Below are positions 8,669 to 21,026 of a stretch of 64,000 nucleotides of DNA, piece after piece. Within the stretch, counting starts at the first letter, position 1; every line of letters starts with the position of its first letter. This DNA is from an uncultured Acidobacteriota bacterium (GTDB taxonomy: Bacteria; Acidobacteriota; UBA6911), in contig CAWEJX010000020.1 of NCBI GenBank assembly GCA_963809485.1, positions 416,001 through 480,000 of the forward strand, written 5' to 3'. The notes beneath the pieces were generated by a model. It was not told where the DNA came from. It saw nothing but the letters and a program-made list of their open reading frames with translations, and did not search any database. The translations under genes and the position numbers were made by a program.

Positions 8669-11600
8669 CTAGAAATCAAGCGCCATATTCATCTGTATCT
8701 TTCGGGAGCCTTGAGTGGTCGTAATCTGCCCGAAAGTCGGAATGCCAACCATCGTTGACGGGTTTCCCCAGCGCACGATATTGAATGGATTGACAAAATC
8801 AGCGCCCAAACGGAAATTGACCCGTTCTGTGATGGCAATGGCTTTTGAAATCGAGAAAGATTCGGATTTCATCCAGGGTCCCCGGGCCCAGTCCAGATAT
8901 CGGGCAGTATTGCCAAACGAGAATAGGGCAGGGCTCGTAAATGCTTCCGGATTCAAATAGACGTCCGAGTACGGATTCCAGGTGCTGAAATCCGTCTTGG
9001 CATAAACCGGCTTCCCATTGTAATTGGCGTACACCATCGGAATGAAGGAGGAGTATCCGAGCGTACCCGCAAAGGGGTTGATCCCCCAGACTTGCAGCGC
9101 GGCACCCGACTGGTAACGCAGGAACCCGGTGATAGTCCAACCCCCCACCAAGCCGTCGACCAGCCTGGAAGCGGATCCCAGGAAGTGCCTGTTCTTTCCG
9201 AACGGCAGATCGTAGGAGAAATTCAGGCCGAAAATCGCGGCCGGCACCCCGGGATCGATCGCGGTTGGGTTGGACCCGGGGTATTGGCGCGAGCCTTCGG
9301 CGAAATTGGCATAGGTGGTGCTTCCTCCCGAGGAATTGGTGAGGCCCTTCGCCCATGTGAAAAAGCCCAAGGCAGACAAGCCTTTCGAAAAGCGCTTTGT
9401 CGCCTTCAACTGAAGCGAATGGTAGCTCCCCTTGCCGATGGGCAGCAGTGCAACGTCGCCCTGCACAAACGTGTACTGGGGATAAGGCTTCAGCGACTGT
9501 GCAACGGTATTGGCACCCTGCTGTTCGGCAAATCCCGGATAGGGCTCTTTGAATCCCGAAGCCTGTGCCCAGGGCGAATTGATCGGCTGAATGAGCAGAA
9601 AGCCAAGGCCCAGTTTGTCTTCAGGCACGTAATTGAATTGAGAAACGCCGCTGCCGACCGTGAGGTGCGTCGATCGGCTTCCCAGATAGCTCGCCTCTAA
9701 AGAAAAGTTTGGCAGCAGTTCATGTTGAACAACGAGGCTCCAGTTTACGACCTGCGGCAGCCTGGCAGCATCACGGGGGATATAGCTGATTGCCTGGCCG
9801 TTCAGAAATGTGGGATCAATAAGCGGCGGTTTCTTGAAGTTCTGAGGGAAGGGCTCCTCATTCCAGTAAAAGATGGGAGTGAAGCCGTCCGCAGAACTGA
9901 AAGTTGGCGTACCACTGTACCCGAGAGCGCCCGTAGTCAGGAACGGCTGAACGTTTCCGCTGTTGGAGAAGACGATTCCGGCAGATGCGCGGACAATCGT
10001 TTTCGGATTCAGCTGGTATGCAATTCCAAGGCGGGGCCCAAATCCCTTGCGCCAGGGATCCTGGAACTGGCCGCCGATTTTTCCGGTTCCTGTTCCGGCA
10101 TAGGCGAGCGCGCCGGGAAGGTTCCCCGCACCCGCGTTGGGGATGTCGGGTTGAAAGCTCGTCATGTAATCGTTCACCTCATACATGGGCGAGTTGTAGT
10201 CCCACCGCAGACCGTAGGAAACGGTCAGGTTCTTGGTGGCGCGCCATTCATCCTGAGCAAATATCGCGTATTGCCGGAATCGCAGCTGGGTCGCGAGAGA
10301 AATGTAGGCGCTTGCCTGGTTGACTGCGCCGAGCAGGAAAGAAGCAAAAGCGCTCCCGGCATTCTGATCCGCAGTTGTGGCCGTTGAAGAATTCGAGAAT
10401 GTGAAGGATCCGGACTGTCCTCCGAAATGGCGGTCCTCATTGTTCAGCTGAACGGAAAAGCCAAACTTCATGGTATGTTTGCCGCGGATCCAGGAAAGGT
10501 TTTCGTTAAAGCCGAAACGATGTTCCAGCCAGTCTTCGTCATAGGATCGTGCCAAAGGCGGCAGGCGCACCGACTCCACCCGAAAAGCTGATGGAGGGAA
10601 AAGAACCATCGTCGGCCGGAATGCCTTGAATTCCCAAGTTTCTGATCCCAGCCCTGTCCCACAGTCTTGTTGGCTCCGCGGTTATAATAATTATCCGCTG
10701 AGAACGTAAAATGGTTCACCACCGTATTGGTGATGATGTAATCGTGATTCAGGCGCACCTTCCAGCTGTTTGCCAATTGGTCCGTAACCAATGATCGATG
10801 GGGTTGGTTTGCGTTTCCCCCCATACAGGCTGAGGAATACGCCCGACTTCCCAGATAATCCGGTGATTGATTCGTTTGCTGTACATCACCGACAGTTTTT
10901 GTTTGTCGGAAAGGCTGTGGTCTACCTTTATCAGAGGGGAGTACACATTGAGGTAGGGCCATTTGTCATTCGCCCTGGACAGGAAGTTATTTGTTACCCC
11001 CGGCATGTCAGGCGGCGGAAGGTATTCCATAATCTTTTTGGCGGCATCGCTGATGCGCTCGGACGGGATTATGTTGTCTTTAAACGGATCCCGGACGATG
11101 GCTCCCCCTTCACCAATACGTGTGGTTTCCGGATCATATATGGTCACTCCGAGTTCGCTGAAATCCCCAGCCCTCTCTTTGAGCGACGGGATGGTCACCA
11201 GATCTCCCGCTGGCTCCCATCCTGGAATAGAAGAGCCCCAGGCTGCCAAAGAAGAAGGTTTTATCCCTTCCGTTATATACTTTGGGAATTACCACAGGTC
11301 CGCCAAGGGTGAATCCCCCTTCGTTTTGACTAAAGGGCGTCACATCCTTTGCGAAAAATTCCTTTGCGTTCAGCGCGCTGTTCCCAAGGTGGTCGAAGAT
11401 GCTCCCGTGAAGCTGATTGGTGCCCGATTTAATGGTGACATTGGTAAACCAGTTGCCGAATCCTCCGTATTCGGCATTAAATCCGTTTGCCACGACACTG
11501 AATTCACCGACCTGCTCGATGAGAGGGGATATCTCCGAATAACCGCCACGGGCGATGCCCCACTCGCTTGCCGGCCCTCCATCGAGAAAGACCTCCGTAT

Positions 11601-12162
11601 CTCCGGCTGCGCCACCGGTTGCATCGAGGCACGAACGAATCGCCCGACGTGAATCCGGGCAGATTCTGCAAAAGATCCGTAATGGAGCGTTGGTAGACCG
11701 AAACGATCAGGGGCAGCTTCTCCACAGTCGCTGACGGAAGCGCCGGTGGAATTACTGGTTGCCGAGACATCGAGCAGCGGCGCCTCCGCCGTTACCATGG
11801 ATATCTCGGTCACCGTTCCAATCTGAAGCATCGGCATCCACCCGGACCTGTACCTGGGCGCGCACCTCCACCGGCTCCCGGGAAAAGGTGGAAAAGCCTT
11901 CCGCCTGAATAACGACCCTGTAGGTAGCCACGGGAAGATTGGGCGCATTATACAATCCATCGCTGTTTGTGACCAGTTCGTAGGTACTGTTGGTGGCAGT
12001 CTGAATTATTTTTACCTTCGCGCCTGGAATGACTGCGCCCGAGGGGTCCTTGACCAGGCCCTGGATGGTCCCGCGATCGATTTGCGCAATCAGCGGGGTT
12101 ACCGAACAAAGGATTCCTGCTATGCAGAGAAACCACAAAAAATATCGGATACTTCGACGCAT
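8669..12162 (-). CDS. TonB-dependent receptor-like outer-membrane protein with N-terminal carboxypeptidase-regulatory-like domain; multiply frameshifted
   Basis: GTIQGLVKDPSGAVIPGAKV; FNAEYG...TIKSGTNQLHGS; QDEWRATKNLTVSYGLRWDY; terminal RKIQMNMALDF. Homology runs across at least 6 overlapping ORF pieces in different frames. Confidence 0.85.
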
Positions 12163-12597
12163 ACCTGCCTCCTTTATCCTGCAAACGATGGCATGGTTTG
12201 CTCTTCACAACTCAGTGTAAGAAGCATTGCACGATTTCACTGGATTCAAATCTGGTCTGCCATGCTATTTCTGTAGCAATCGATTTGTCAAGCTTAAAAA
12301 TATTACATATATCATATATATGTAATAACATATTACAAAACAGGTACTAGTCATTGCACATGGGCGCTGACAATCTGTCACCACGCAATAGGAGTTTTGT
12401 GCATTTTGGATTCCAATGTCACTATTTATGGGCAAGAGAGGATAGATGTATTGAAGAAAAAGCATTGACATAAGTTAATACATCCTGATAGTGATTGGCA
12501 CTGTAAATATGTAATATTCATTTGCTGCCAAAATGAGGACTTTTCCGGAAGCATGTCCCAACTTCCGAAACGTGCCTGGCTAAGAAAAAGGCATATC

Positions 12598-14083
12598 ATG
12601 AAAAACCAGGTTCAGCTTATTGCATACGTCGACCGCTTTTCCGGCGGAGGTTTCGGCGAATTAAATAGCCTGTTAAAAGGACCACTGGCCGGAGTCTTCG
12701 GCGGAGCGCACCTTTTGCCCTTTTTTACTCCCATCGACGGCGCCGATGCCGGATTTGACCCGATCGATCACACTCAGGTGGACGCACGCCTGGGAACATG
12801 GGAAGACGTGCGGGCTTTGAGCGGCACGGTCGAGCTTGTCGCGGATCTTATTGTGAACCACGTTTCCTCGTCGTCCCCGCAATTCCTTGATTTTTCAAAG
12901 AAGGGTCCGGCCTCGCAATATGCGGGCATGTTTCTCACCTTCGACCGGGTCTTCCCGGAGGGCGCGCGCGAATCGGATACTTCTGGGCATTTATCGGCCG
13001 CGCCCCACGCTTCCTTTCAGCCCCGTCACGCTGCACTCGGGCGAGAAGGAAATTGCTGTGGACTACATTCAATCCGGAGCAGGTGGATATCGATGTCCGC
13101 CACCCTCAAGCGGAAGCTTATCTGGATTCGATCCTCCGGAAGTTTCAGGCTGCGGGCATAAAGATGATACGGCTCGATGCCGTCGGGTATGCGATCAAAA
13201 AGCCCGGAACCAGCTGTTTCATGATCCCGGAAACCTTCGACTTTATCGCCGAGCTGACCGCAAAGGCCCGTGCGCTGGGCATCGAGGTCCTGGTCGAGAT
13301 TCACAGCCATTATCTGAAGCAGATCGAAATCGCCCGCCAGGTCGATTGGGTATACGATTTTGCACTGCCGCCGCTGGTGCTGCATGCGCTTTTTAGCCGC
13401 GATGCCCGTCCGCTGGCTCGATGGCTTTCCATCAGTCCGCGCAATGCGGTCACTGTCCTGGACACGCACGACGGCATCGGGGTGATCGATGTGGGCGCCG
13501 ATGCAGGCGGCAATCCGGGTCTCCTGTCGCCGGCCGAAATCGACAACCTCGTAGAGACCATCCACCAGCGAAGCCGGGGCCAAAGCAAGCAGGCAACCGG
13601 AGCGGCTGCCAGCAATCTGGATCTGTACCAGGTGAACTGCACTTTCCTGGATGCGCCTGGGAGGCCGGGAAACCGATTACCTGATTGCCCGTGCCCTCCA
13701 GTTCTTCGCGCCCGGAATTCCGCAGGTTTACTATGTCGGCCTTCTGGGAGGGACCAACGATATGGAGCTTCTCGCCCGCACCGGAGTGGGGCGCGACATC
13801 AACCGGCACTATTACACGGCTGCGGAAATCGATGCCGCACTCAGGCGTCCCTTGGTGCAAAAGCAGATCGAGTTGATACGGCTCCGGAATACGCATCCCG
13901 CATTCGCGGGCGAATTCCAGGTGGATGTTCCGACCGAAAGCCAGATACGAGCTCCAGTGGAGGCTGAAAGAACACTGGATAAAGCTTCACGCGGATTTAT
14001 CTGTTCCGAGCGCTTCCATCACGGGCACAGGAATCGAGCCATTGGACCATGTCGGATGCTGCGGATCACGGACTCAGTTCTGA
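12598..14083 (+). CDS. gtfA: Sucrose phosphorylase (GH13_18), frameshifted
   Basis: MKNQVQLIAYVDR, GADAGFDPIDH, IRLDAVGY, LVEIH, DTHDGIG, NLDLYQVN, PGIPQVYYVGLL, GRDINR, spread over 3-4 frames. The 3' end is approximate. Confidence 0.85.
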
Positions 14084-14096
14084 AGAGGTACTCCTC

Positions 14097-15358
14097 ATGA
14101 GCACACCGGCTGCCCCAAAACACAATCTGACGGCAATCAAGTGGCTCACGTTTCTGATGTTCATGATGTTTGCCATGACCACGGACTCGGTGGGAACCAT
14201 CATCCCTGAGGTCATCAAGGAATTCCATCTGAGCATGGTGGCGGCTGGAGCTTTTCACTATGCCCCCATGATAGCAATCGCGGTGGCGGCAATTTTCCTC
14301 GGGTATCTGGCGGATAAGCTTGGCCGCAAGAAGACCATCATTCTGGGACTCGTTCTTTTCGCGCTGAACTCCTACCTTTTTGCCGTGGGGAATTCATTCG
14401 CGTTTTTCCTCGCACTGCTTGTTATTTCCGGCGCCTCGATCGGAATCTTCAAAACAGGAGCTCTGGCGCTGGTTGGCGACATCTCGCTTTCCACTTCGGA
14501 ACACACCACCACCATGAATACGGTCGAAGGATTCTTCGGAGTGGGGGCAATCATCGGTCCGGCAATCGTGGCAAGGCTCCTGACGTCGGGACTTTTCCTG
14601 GAAGTGGCTGTACGTGATCGCGGGAACAATCTGTGTCCTGCTGATCCTGACGGCCCTGCTGGTGAAATACCCGAAGACCGTGAAGACAATGGATGAGCCG
14701 ATCGACTTCAAGCGCACGATGCGCATGATGAAAAACCCCTACGCTTTGGGATTTTCGCTTGGGATTTTTCTTTACGTTGCCGCGGAGTGCGCCGTTTACG
14801 TCTGGATGCCCACACTCCTGGCGGGATATTCAGGCTCTTTTGCTTTTATGGCGACCTATGCCATCTCCGTTTTCTTTATCCTGCGCGCGATCGGCCGTTT
14901 CCTGGGAGCATGGGTGCTGGCGCGATTTCACTGGACATCCGTCATGGCTCTTTTCAGCCTGGCGATTCTTGTCTGTTTTGCAGGCGCAATAGCAGGCGGT
15001 TTATCGCTTTGCCGTCTGGCTCATGCCTCTGTCCGGGCTTTTCATGTCCATGATCTATCCGACACTCAATTCGAAGGGCATCAGCTGCTTCCCGAAAACG
15101 GAGCATGGCGCCGTCGCCGGCGTGATCCTGTTTTTCACCTGCGCCGCTGCCGCTCTGGGGCCTTTGGCCATGGGAGCCGTCAGCGATGCATTCGGCCATC
15201 CCAAATACGGCTTTGTTCTGGCAACCGTATTCGCAGCGCTCCTGTTTGCGGGACTGCTTCTCAACTGGATATACAACCCAGCCGGAGAACGTCTGGCCAA
15301 GCTGGATTCGAGTGAATATCGGGCAGGAGGGTCCCTGGAACCGCAGAATATCGAATAG
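14097..15358 (+). CDS. MFS sugar transporter (FucP/GluP-like), frameshifted
   Basis: GYLADKLGRK motif A; hydrophobic helices continue over three ORF pieces; SGLFMSMIYPT. Confidence 0.85.
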
Positions 15359-15426
15359 GGAATGTTGAATTTCGCAGTCTTTCTGCGGTTCGACATTCGA
15401 AATTCGATACTCAATATTTCGCGGTA
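15338..15426. repeat. Heptamer-based palindromic repeat, family A copy 2
   Basis: GAACCGCAGAATATCGAATAGGGAATGTTGAAT...TTCTGCGGTTCGACATTCGAAATTCGAT; overlaps the MFS stop codon. Confidence 0.75.
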
Positions 15427-15549
15427 CTTATGTTCCCGGCTGCTGTCAGAACATCGGAGAAAGGGCTTGCATCCGTATTGGTCAAACGGATGCGGCCTCA
15501 CCGGCGGAGCCGGTGGATGTCTCATTGGATCAGGAAAGGATCGTAGCAA

Positions 15550-16385
15550 ATGCATTTGAAAATCGCGGTGCTTACCCTGAGCGGTATGCTGATCAGCGTC
15601 CCGGCGCAGTGCCAACTCGTCGAACAATACAATCCGCCCCAGTCCAATTGCTGCCTGGCAATGGCCGCCAGGAGTCTTGCAGATCAGTTGCTGGACTGGA
15701 ATCAAATCGGCCGGTATCGACCGGAAAACCAGGCAGTTGAAGAAGCAGCCTCCCGATCCGAAGCGGGTGCTATTCATGGGAGACTCCATTACGGATTTCT
15801 GGAAACTCGCCGAGTCCTTTCCCGGCAAGCCTTATGTCAATCGCGGCATCAGCGGACAGACCACGCCCCAGATGCTGGTTCGCATGTATCCCGACGTGAT
15901 CGATTTGAAGCCCGCGGCCATGGTGGTTCTGGCCGGGATCAACGACGTTTCTCAAAACACAGGACCCGCAACAGCGGAAATGGTCGAGCAGAACATCATG
16001 GCCATGACGGAGCTCGCTCAGCATCACGGCATCAAGGTGATTCTCTGCTCAATTCTGCCGGTTAGCGATTACGCGTTTCTCAATCAGCAGAGCGGCCGGG
16101 GAGTTCGGCCTCCGGCTGCTCCAGGCGGCCGGGCGGCAATCCGTTTCGTTTGAGAGAAGGGTGACCGACACGCATCCGCCGGGCGACATTCTGAAACTGA
16201 ATGCCTGGATGAAAGATTATGCTTCGCGGGTGAATGCAGTTTACGCGGATTACTTCAGTGCTCTGGTGGACGACCGGGGGTGGCTGAAAGAAAGCTGCTC
16301 CGTTGACGGCATCCATCCCAACGCCGAAGGATACAAAATAATGGCGCCGATCGTTGAAGCCGCGATCCAAAAGGCGCTCCCCTAG
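15550..16385 (+). CDS. Secreted SGNH/GDSL hydrolase, frameshifted
   Basis: FMGDSITDFW, NRGISGQTT, LAGIND and DGIHPN across three frames. Confidence 0.8.
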
Positions 16386-16439
16386 CCCCCGAAGGCGGCT
16401 GCGGCGCAACACGTGCAACTGATAAGAATGGAGTTGGAT

Positions 16440-17798
16440 ATGAGAATACCTCGGATCGTAATACTGACAGTTCTGATCGCCATGCTTCCTTATGGCGCTC
16501 TGCCTCAACCCCCTGCCTCCCCTTTCAAAGCCGGAGCGGCCAAGGTCGACATCACCCCGTTTGAAAATGAGCTGCCGAAAAATATCGAGGGAATCCTCGA
16601 CCGACTCTACTCCAGGGCGATCGTTGTGGATAACGGCGTCACCAGCGCGGCGCTGATTACGGCGATGTCGGCATGATTCCGGAGACCGTTTGGAAAAGCC
16701 TGTCGCAGAGAATGGAGAAAGAGCTGGGCATACCGGCTCAAAATGTGATATGAATCCGCAACTCATACGCACGCCGCTCCCATGAGGCCGGTTGGCGATT
16801 TTGAGGGCAAGATCTTCCAGTCCGCAAAAATGGCGCCAAGGAAAAACTCCGGCCCGCGCGCCTGGGCTACGGGACGGGTGTTTCCTACATTAACGTCAAC
16901 CGCAATATCATCGACCCCAAGACCACGCCGCTGGTGGGAAGGCCCCAACTATGAGGGTCCATCGGACAAAACCGTGGCGGTGGTCAGGTTCGAGACTGTC
17001 GATGGCGAGCCGATCGCGGTCTACTACAACTACGCATGCATGCGGTGACCGTGGGCCAGCTGGACATGATCAGCGGCGATGCTCCCGGCGCCGCGTCCCG
17101 ATATATCGAGGATTCTTTCGACGACAAAATTATTGCGGTGTGGTCCACGGGAGCCTGCGGAGACCAGAATCCAATCTATTTCCAGCAGACCTATGACCTG
17201 CGCGAGATACGAATCAAGGATTATGCGAAGCGCGGGGAAGACATCAGCAACTCCATGCCTCCCGGCGGACAGGGATTGAACAAGCAGGATCCTACGGTCA
17301 TGAGGCTGATGAACCAGCAAAAACAGATGATCCTTTCGATGGGCCAGTTCCTGGGTGAAGAGGTCCTGCACGTCATGCGGGGCATGGAACGCATGTCAAC
17401 CGGAGGGAAAATATTCGGAAGCCAAAAAATGGTCAGCTTCCCCGGCCGGGACAGGACGAACACAGGCCGCGCCGGATACGAGGGCACTTACAAGGACGGG
17501 AATCCGGTCGAAATCCGGTTGGGACTTCTACTGATCGATGACATCGCGGTCGGGACCATGCAATTCGGAGGTTTTCAACCTGATCGCGCAGCGTCTGAAA
17601 AAGGAATCTCCATTTGCCAGGACCATGATGGTAACCATAACCAACGGCATGTCCAATTCCGGCTATATACCCAATGATGCGGCATTCGGCTATCAGACGT
17701 TCGAAGTCCTATCGTCGCGATGCAAGCCCGGATATGCGGAAAACGCCATCGTCAACGGCATCCTGGACCTGATGGCCGAGTCCAAGCGTACCCCATAA
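16440..17798 (+). CDS. Neutral/alkaline ceramidase N-terminal-domain-like secreted protein, frameshifted
   Basis: AGAAKVDITP, DRLYSRAIVVD, ATHTH-type motif, NYA(M)H, ISGD, GACGDQNP, GYIP spread over several frames. Confidence 0.7.
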
Positions 17799-17929
17799 TC
17801 GAAAATATTTCGGTAATCCCCGGCTTTGCCGGGCTTTCAGAGTTCGACGGCTCCGTTCCTGCGGGCGTTCCGACCTATGGGTTTGGCTGGGGATGAGGGA
17901 CCTGCCTTCTCGGTGCTGACGGCACCTCT

Positions 17930-18898
17930 TCATTGGGTGGCACGAGACCGGGTGTGGGCAAAATTCAGTGTGCTGTTGGAAAGTGGCGGAGTCGCCGATG
18001 GGTGGCCCGCAACATCCGATCCCATACGGTTCGCCAGTTCCATGGTGCTATGAATGTCCCACCCGAGAGCAAACCCGAACAGGATCCCGGCCGAGCATGC
18101 ATCCCCGGCGCCCACCGGATGTGGTGTTTCCTCCGTAGTTGCAGGGGTGGTCCTATCAAATTCTCCATCACGGGTCAGGACGACAGTTCCCTCAACGCCT
18201 CGGGTCACCACGATCGCTTGAGCGGGAAAGCGTTTGAGGAGCACTTCCATCCTCCGCCGGACTCCGTCAAGGGTTTGACCGGCGGAGCAGGAAATCCCCA
18301 ACAGATCAAAAATGGCAAACAGTTCGGACTGGTTCGCTTTGATGATAGTGGCAGTTTGGCAGCTATAGGCAACAATTTCCGGGGAATATCCGGCCTCCCC
18401 CGTCAGCGTATTTTGCCTGAGATTGACATCGTAGAGGCGAATCGCCTGCGGAGCATTCTGCAAAAAATTACGGATCGTACCGCGGGACACAGGGGATCGT
18501 TGTGCCAGGCTGCCAAAGCATATGGCCGAACACTGGCCAGCCAGTTCCTTGAGTGCGGGCCTGTCGGTCATGTAGTCCCACGCCGCTCCAGATTCTATCT
18601 GGTAGCCGGGTTCCCCATTTCGCATGAAGACCGATACCACACCGGTCGGGTGGCTGGGATCCTTTCCGATATAACGGGTCGACATCCGAAACCGGTGAAG
18701 CGAGTCAAGGATTCTTAATCCTCTTTGATCGGAGTTGATACAGCTTACGATAATTCCATGGCCGACGTCGAGCCAGCTGGCCAGTCGATGCGCATGGACA
18801 GCAAAGTTCAGCGGGGCTCCCCCCAGGGTCTCGCTTCCGTCTTCAAAGACATCGTAGAGGACTTCCCCAATCCCTACAAAAATCGATCGATTCATCAT
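17930..18898 (-). CDS. PfkB-family carbohydrate kinase (fructokinase-like)
   Basis: GIGEVLYD, GGAPLNFA, FGSLAQR, DVNLR, VGAGDA. Confidence 0.88.
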   Translation of the reverse strand: MMNRSIFVGIGEVLYDVFEDGSETLGGAPLNFAVHAHRLASWLDVGHGIIVSCINSDQRGLRILDSLHRFRMSTRYIGKDPSHPTGVVSVFMRNGEPGYQIESGAAWDYMTDRPALKELAGQCSAICFGSLAQRSPVSRGTIRNFLQNAPQAIRLYDVNLRQNTLTGEAGYSPEIVAYSCQTATIIKANQSELFAIFDLLGISCSAGQTLDGVRRRMEVLLKRFPAQAIVVTRGVEGTVVLTRDGEFDRTTPATTEETPHPVGAGDACSAGILFGFALGWDIHSTMELANRMGSDVAGHPSATPPLSNSTLNFAHTRSRATQ

Positions 18899-19315
18899 TG
18901 CCACCTTCAAAGCGCAGATACTCGGGAAACGATCCGCAACCGGCTTGAAGCCCGGAATCGATGCCGGACCGCTTTCCCCAGATTGGGAGCAACTCATGGC
19001 GCAACATGAGCCACAACGTTGATGGCACTGGTTCACAAAATCAGCTGATCAGATTTGCCTTCCTCACGACGAACACTTTCTCAAAATGGCAAACAACCAT
19101 TAAAATAATGTCAGATCATTTTTGCTATATTTGATAGATTAATGTCAATAAAAAGTATCAGGCACCTTACAGGTTTCGTTTCGCAGTCAATTATATTATC
19201 GGACCTCCAAAAAACCATAAAAAATCTATGTCGTTTAAAAACATTAACTTAACAAAATAATCCTTTTAATGACGAACACTCATCAGCCAATCCGATCACC
19301 TGAGAAAAAGTTGTA

Positions 19316-19345
19316 TTGACATTTCTCAATCTGAATTTGTACTAT
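19316..19345 (+). promoter_or_regulatory. Putative sigma70 promoter
   Basis: TTGACA-N18-TACTAT upstream of AGGAGG and the GntR gene. Confidence 0.5.
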
Positions 19346-19366
19346 CAGCTTTATCAAGGAGGAGTG

Positions 19367-20525
19367 GTGAGCGACCAGGAATTAATTCAGCCTTGGAACA
19401 TGAAAAACCGGCATCGCGACGAACCAAACATCGCCAGGTTTTTGAACATGTTTCTGGCGGATATTGAATCGGGAAGGCTCAAAGAGGGAGAACGTCTTCC
19501 TTCTGAAACTGAATTGGTTAGGCAGTTCGCCACATCACGTCCCACAGTTGCCCGCGCATTGCGCGATCTCCAGAATTTGGGACTGGTTGAACGCAAAGTC
19601 GGTTCGGGCACCTATGTGCGCAGAAGCGCAGAAACCGATGGAATCGTGGCGCTTTGGGCTATTGATACCCGGGCTTGGCAGCACCGAGATTTTTGAGCCG
19701 ATCTGCGGCCAACTGGCTCGCATGGCCCAGAGACAGCACCATACGCTTCTTTGGGGCGATTTTGGTGACAGGCGCGGCGAGGCGGATCCGGAATTGATCG
19801 AACAGGTCTGCGACAGTTACATCCGGCAGACGGTCGCCGGAGTGTTTTTTGCCCCCCTGGAATTGACAGAGGACAAGGATCGGATCAATCAATCCGTCAT
19901 TGCGGCGCTGGAAGCCGCAGGGATTCCCATTGTCCTGCTGGACCGGGATATTGTGGCTTTTCCGCAGCGGAGCCGTTTCGACCTCGTCGGCATTGACAAT
20001 CGTCGCGCTGGTTTTCTTGTTGCGGACCATTTGATAAGCCTCGGATGCAGGCGAATCGACTTCCTGTGCACGACCGGACTCCGCCCCTACGGTGATGCTG
20101 CGCATCGCCGGATATCGCGAGGCTCTGTTGAGCAGCCGGAATCACGCCCGATCCACGATGGGTTCACAGCGGCGAGCCTACGGACGAGAAGTTTGTTCAG
20201 CGAAATCGTAGCCAATGGGGCAACAGCCATCATTTGCGCCAACGATCTGACCGCGGCCAATTTGATGCGGACTCTCGACACGCTGGGATGTCCTGTTCCT
20301 CAAAAAATACGCGTGGTCGGATTTGACGACGTCCGTTATGCGGAACTGCTGCGCCCGTCTCTGACCACGATTCACCAGCCATGTGTGGATATCGGCACCA
20401 TCGCAATGCAGGTGATGCTGGAGCGCATAGAAAATCCGGCATTCCCTCCACGCGATATTCTCGCCCAGCCGACCCTGATCGTGCGGCAGTCCTGCGGAGC
20501 TACAGGAAGATCTTCAAACAAATAG
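19367..20525 (+). CDS. GntR HTH plus LacI-type effector-binding domain regulator (AraR-like), frameshifted
   Basis: GERLPSETELVRQFATSRPTVARAL; then VGIDNRRAG, ICANDLTA, VVGFDD, LTTIHQP in another frame. Start uncertain. Confidence 0.82.
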
Positions 20526-20591
20526 AATGGGCCCGGAAGATGGATATGCTGAACAAATCAGCAGGGTTCATTTGCCTGGCCAACTATCCTG

Positions 20592-20801
20592 TTATTTGCA
20601 GGCCGGCTCGGAAGGCCAGCCCATTGATTTGGATGCGGAGCCTATAACCGCCTGGATCAACAAAACCTTCCCGTTTCTCATCCTGAATACGTGGTAATCA
20701 GGGAGGCTGCCTGCAAAATGCACGAATGCAACCACAAGTCCTGCTTCTGGATCCACAAGAAATCGGCGCCTCGGGCTTTCGATGATTCCATGGCATACCA
20801 C
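20592..20801 (-). pseudogene. C-terminal remnant of a protein resembling the 58868-59860 product
   Basis: RRFLVDPEAGLVVAFVHF...PDYHVFRMRNGKVLLIQAVI...GW parallels RRVVIADTVTGLAIGFSHF...HIYKIWGGKIHEIEAI...GW. Confidence 0.5.
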
Positions 20802-21026
20802 CCGAAACCGATCTGTGCCTGTTGCGGGAGTTTTTCAGGTCTCCAATGTGTATTGGGGCCATGATTCTGCAGGATAGATATGGAAAGCGCCAAAGTCTGC
20901 ACCAAAGGCGCAAAAACGGGGACGCAGGATCCCGGAGTTTGCAGACGTGGTTTGAGTGTAACTATGGTATTTTTAAAGCGTCGTTGTATGAAAGTAGTGT
21001 TAATTCGGGAGAGGGAGGAGTCAGGA

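Noticed and set aside
17818-17833. Isolated CCCGGCTTTGCCGGG hairpin (similar one near 39156) as further element copies
   Set aside because: Only the hairpin matches and the element body is absent
20880-20950. Possible c-di-GMP riboswitch upstream of the selenoprotein (GGGACGCA)
   Set aside because: Lacks the GGCAAAC/GNRA-loop P2 and tetraloop-receptor pattern; would need an Rfam scan
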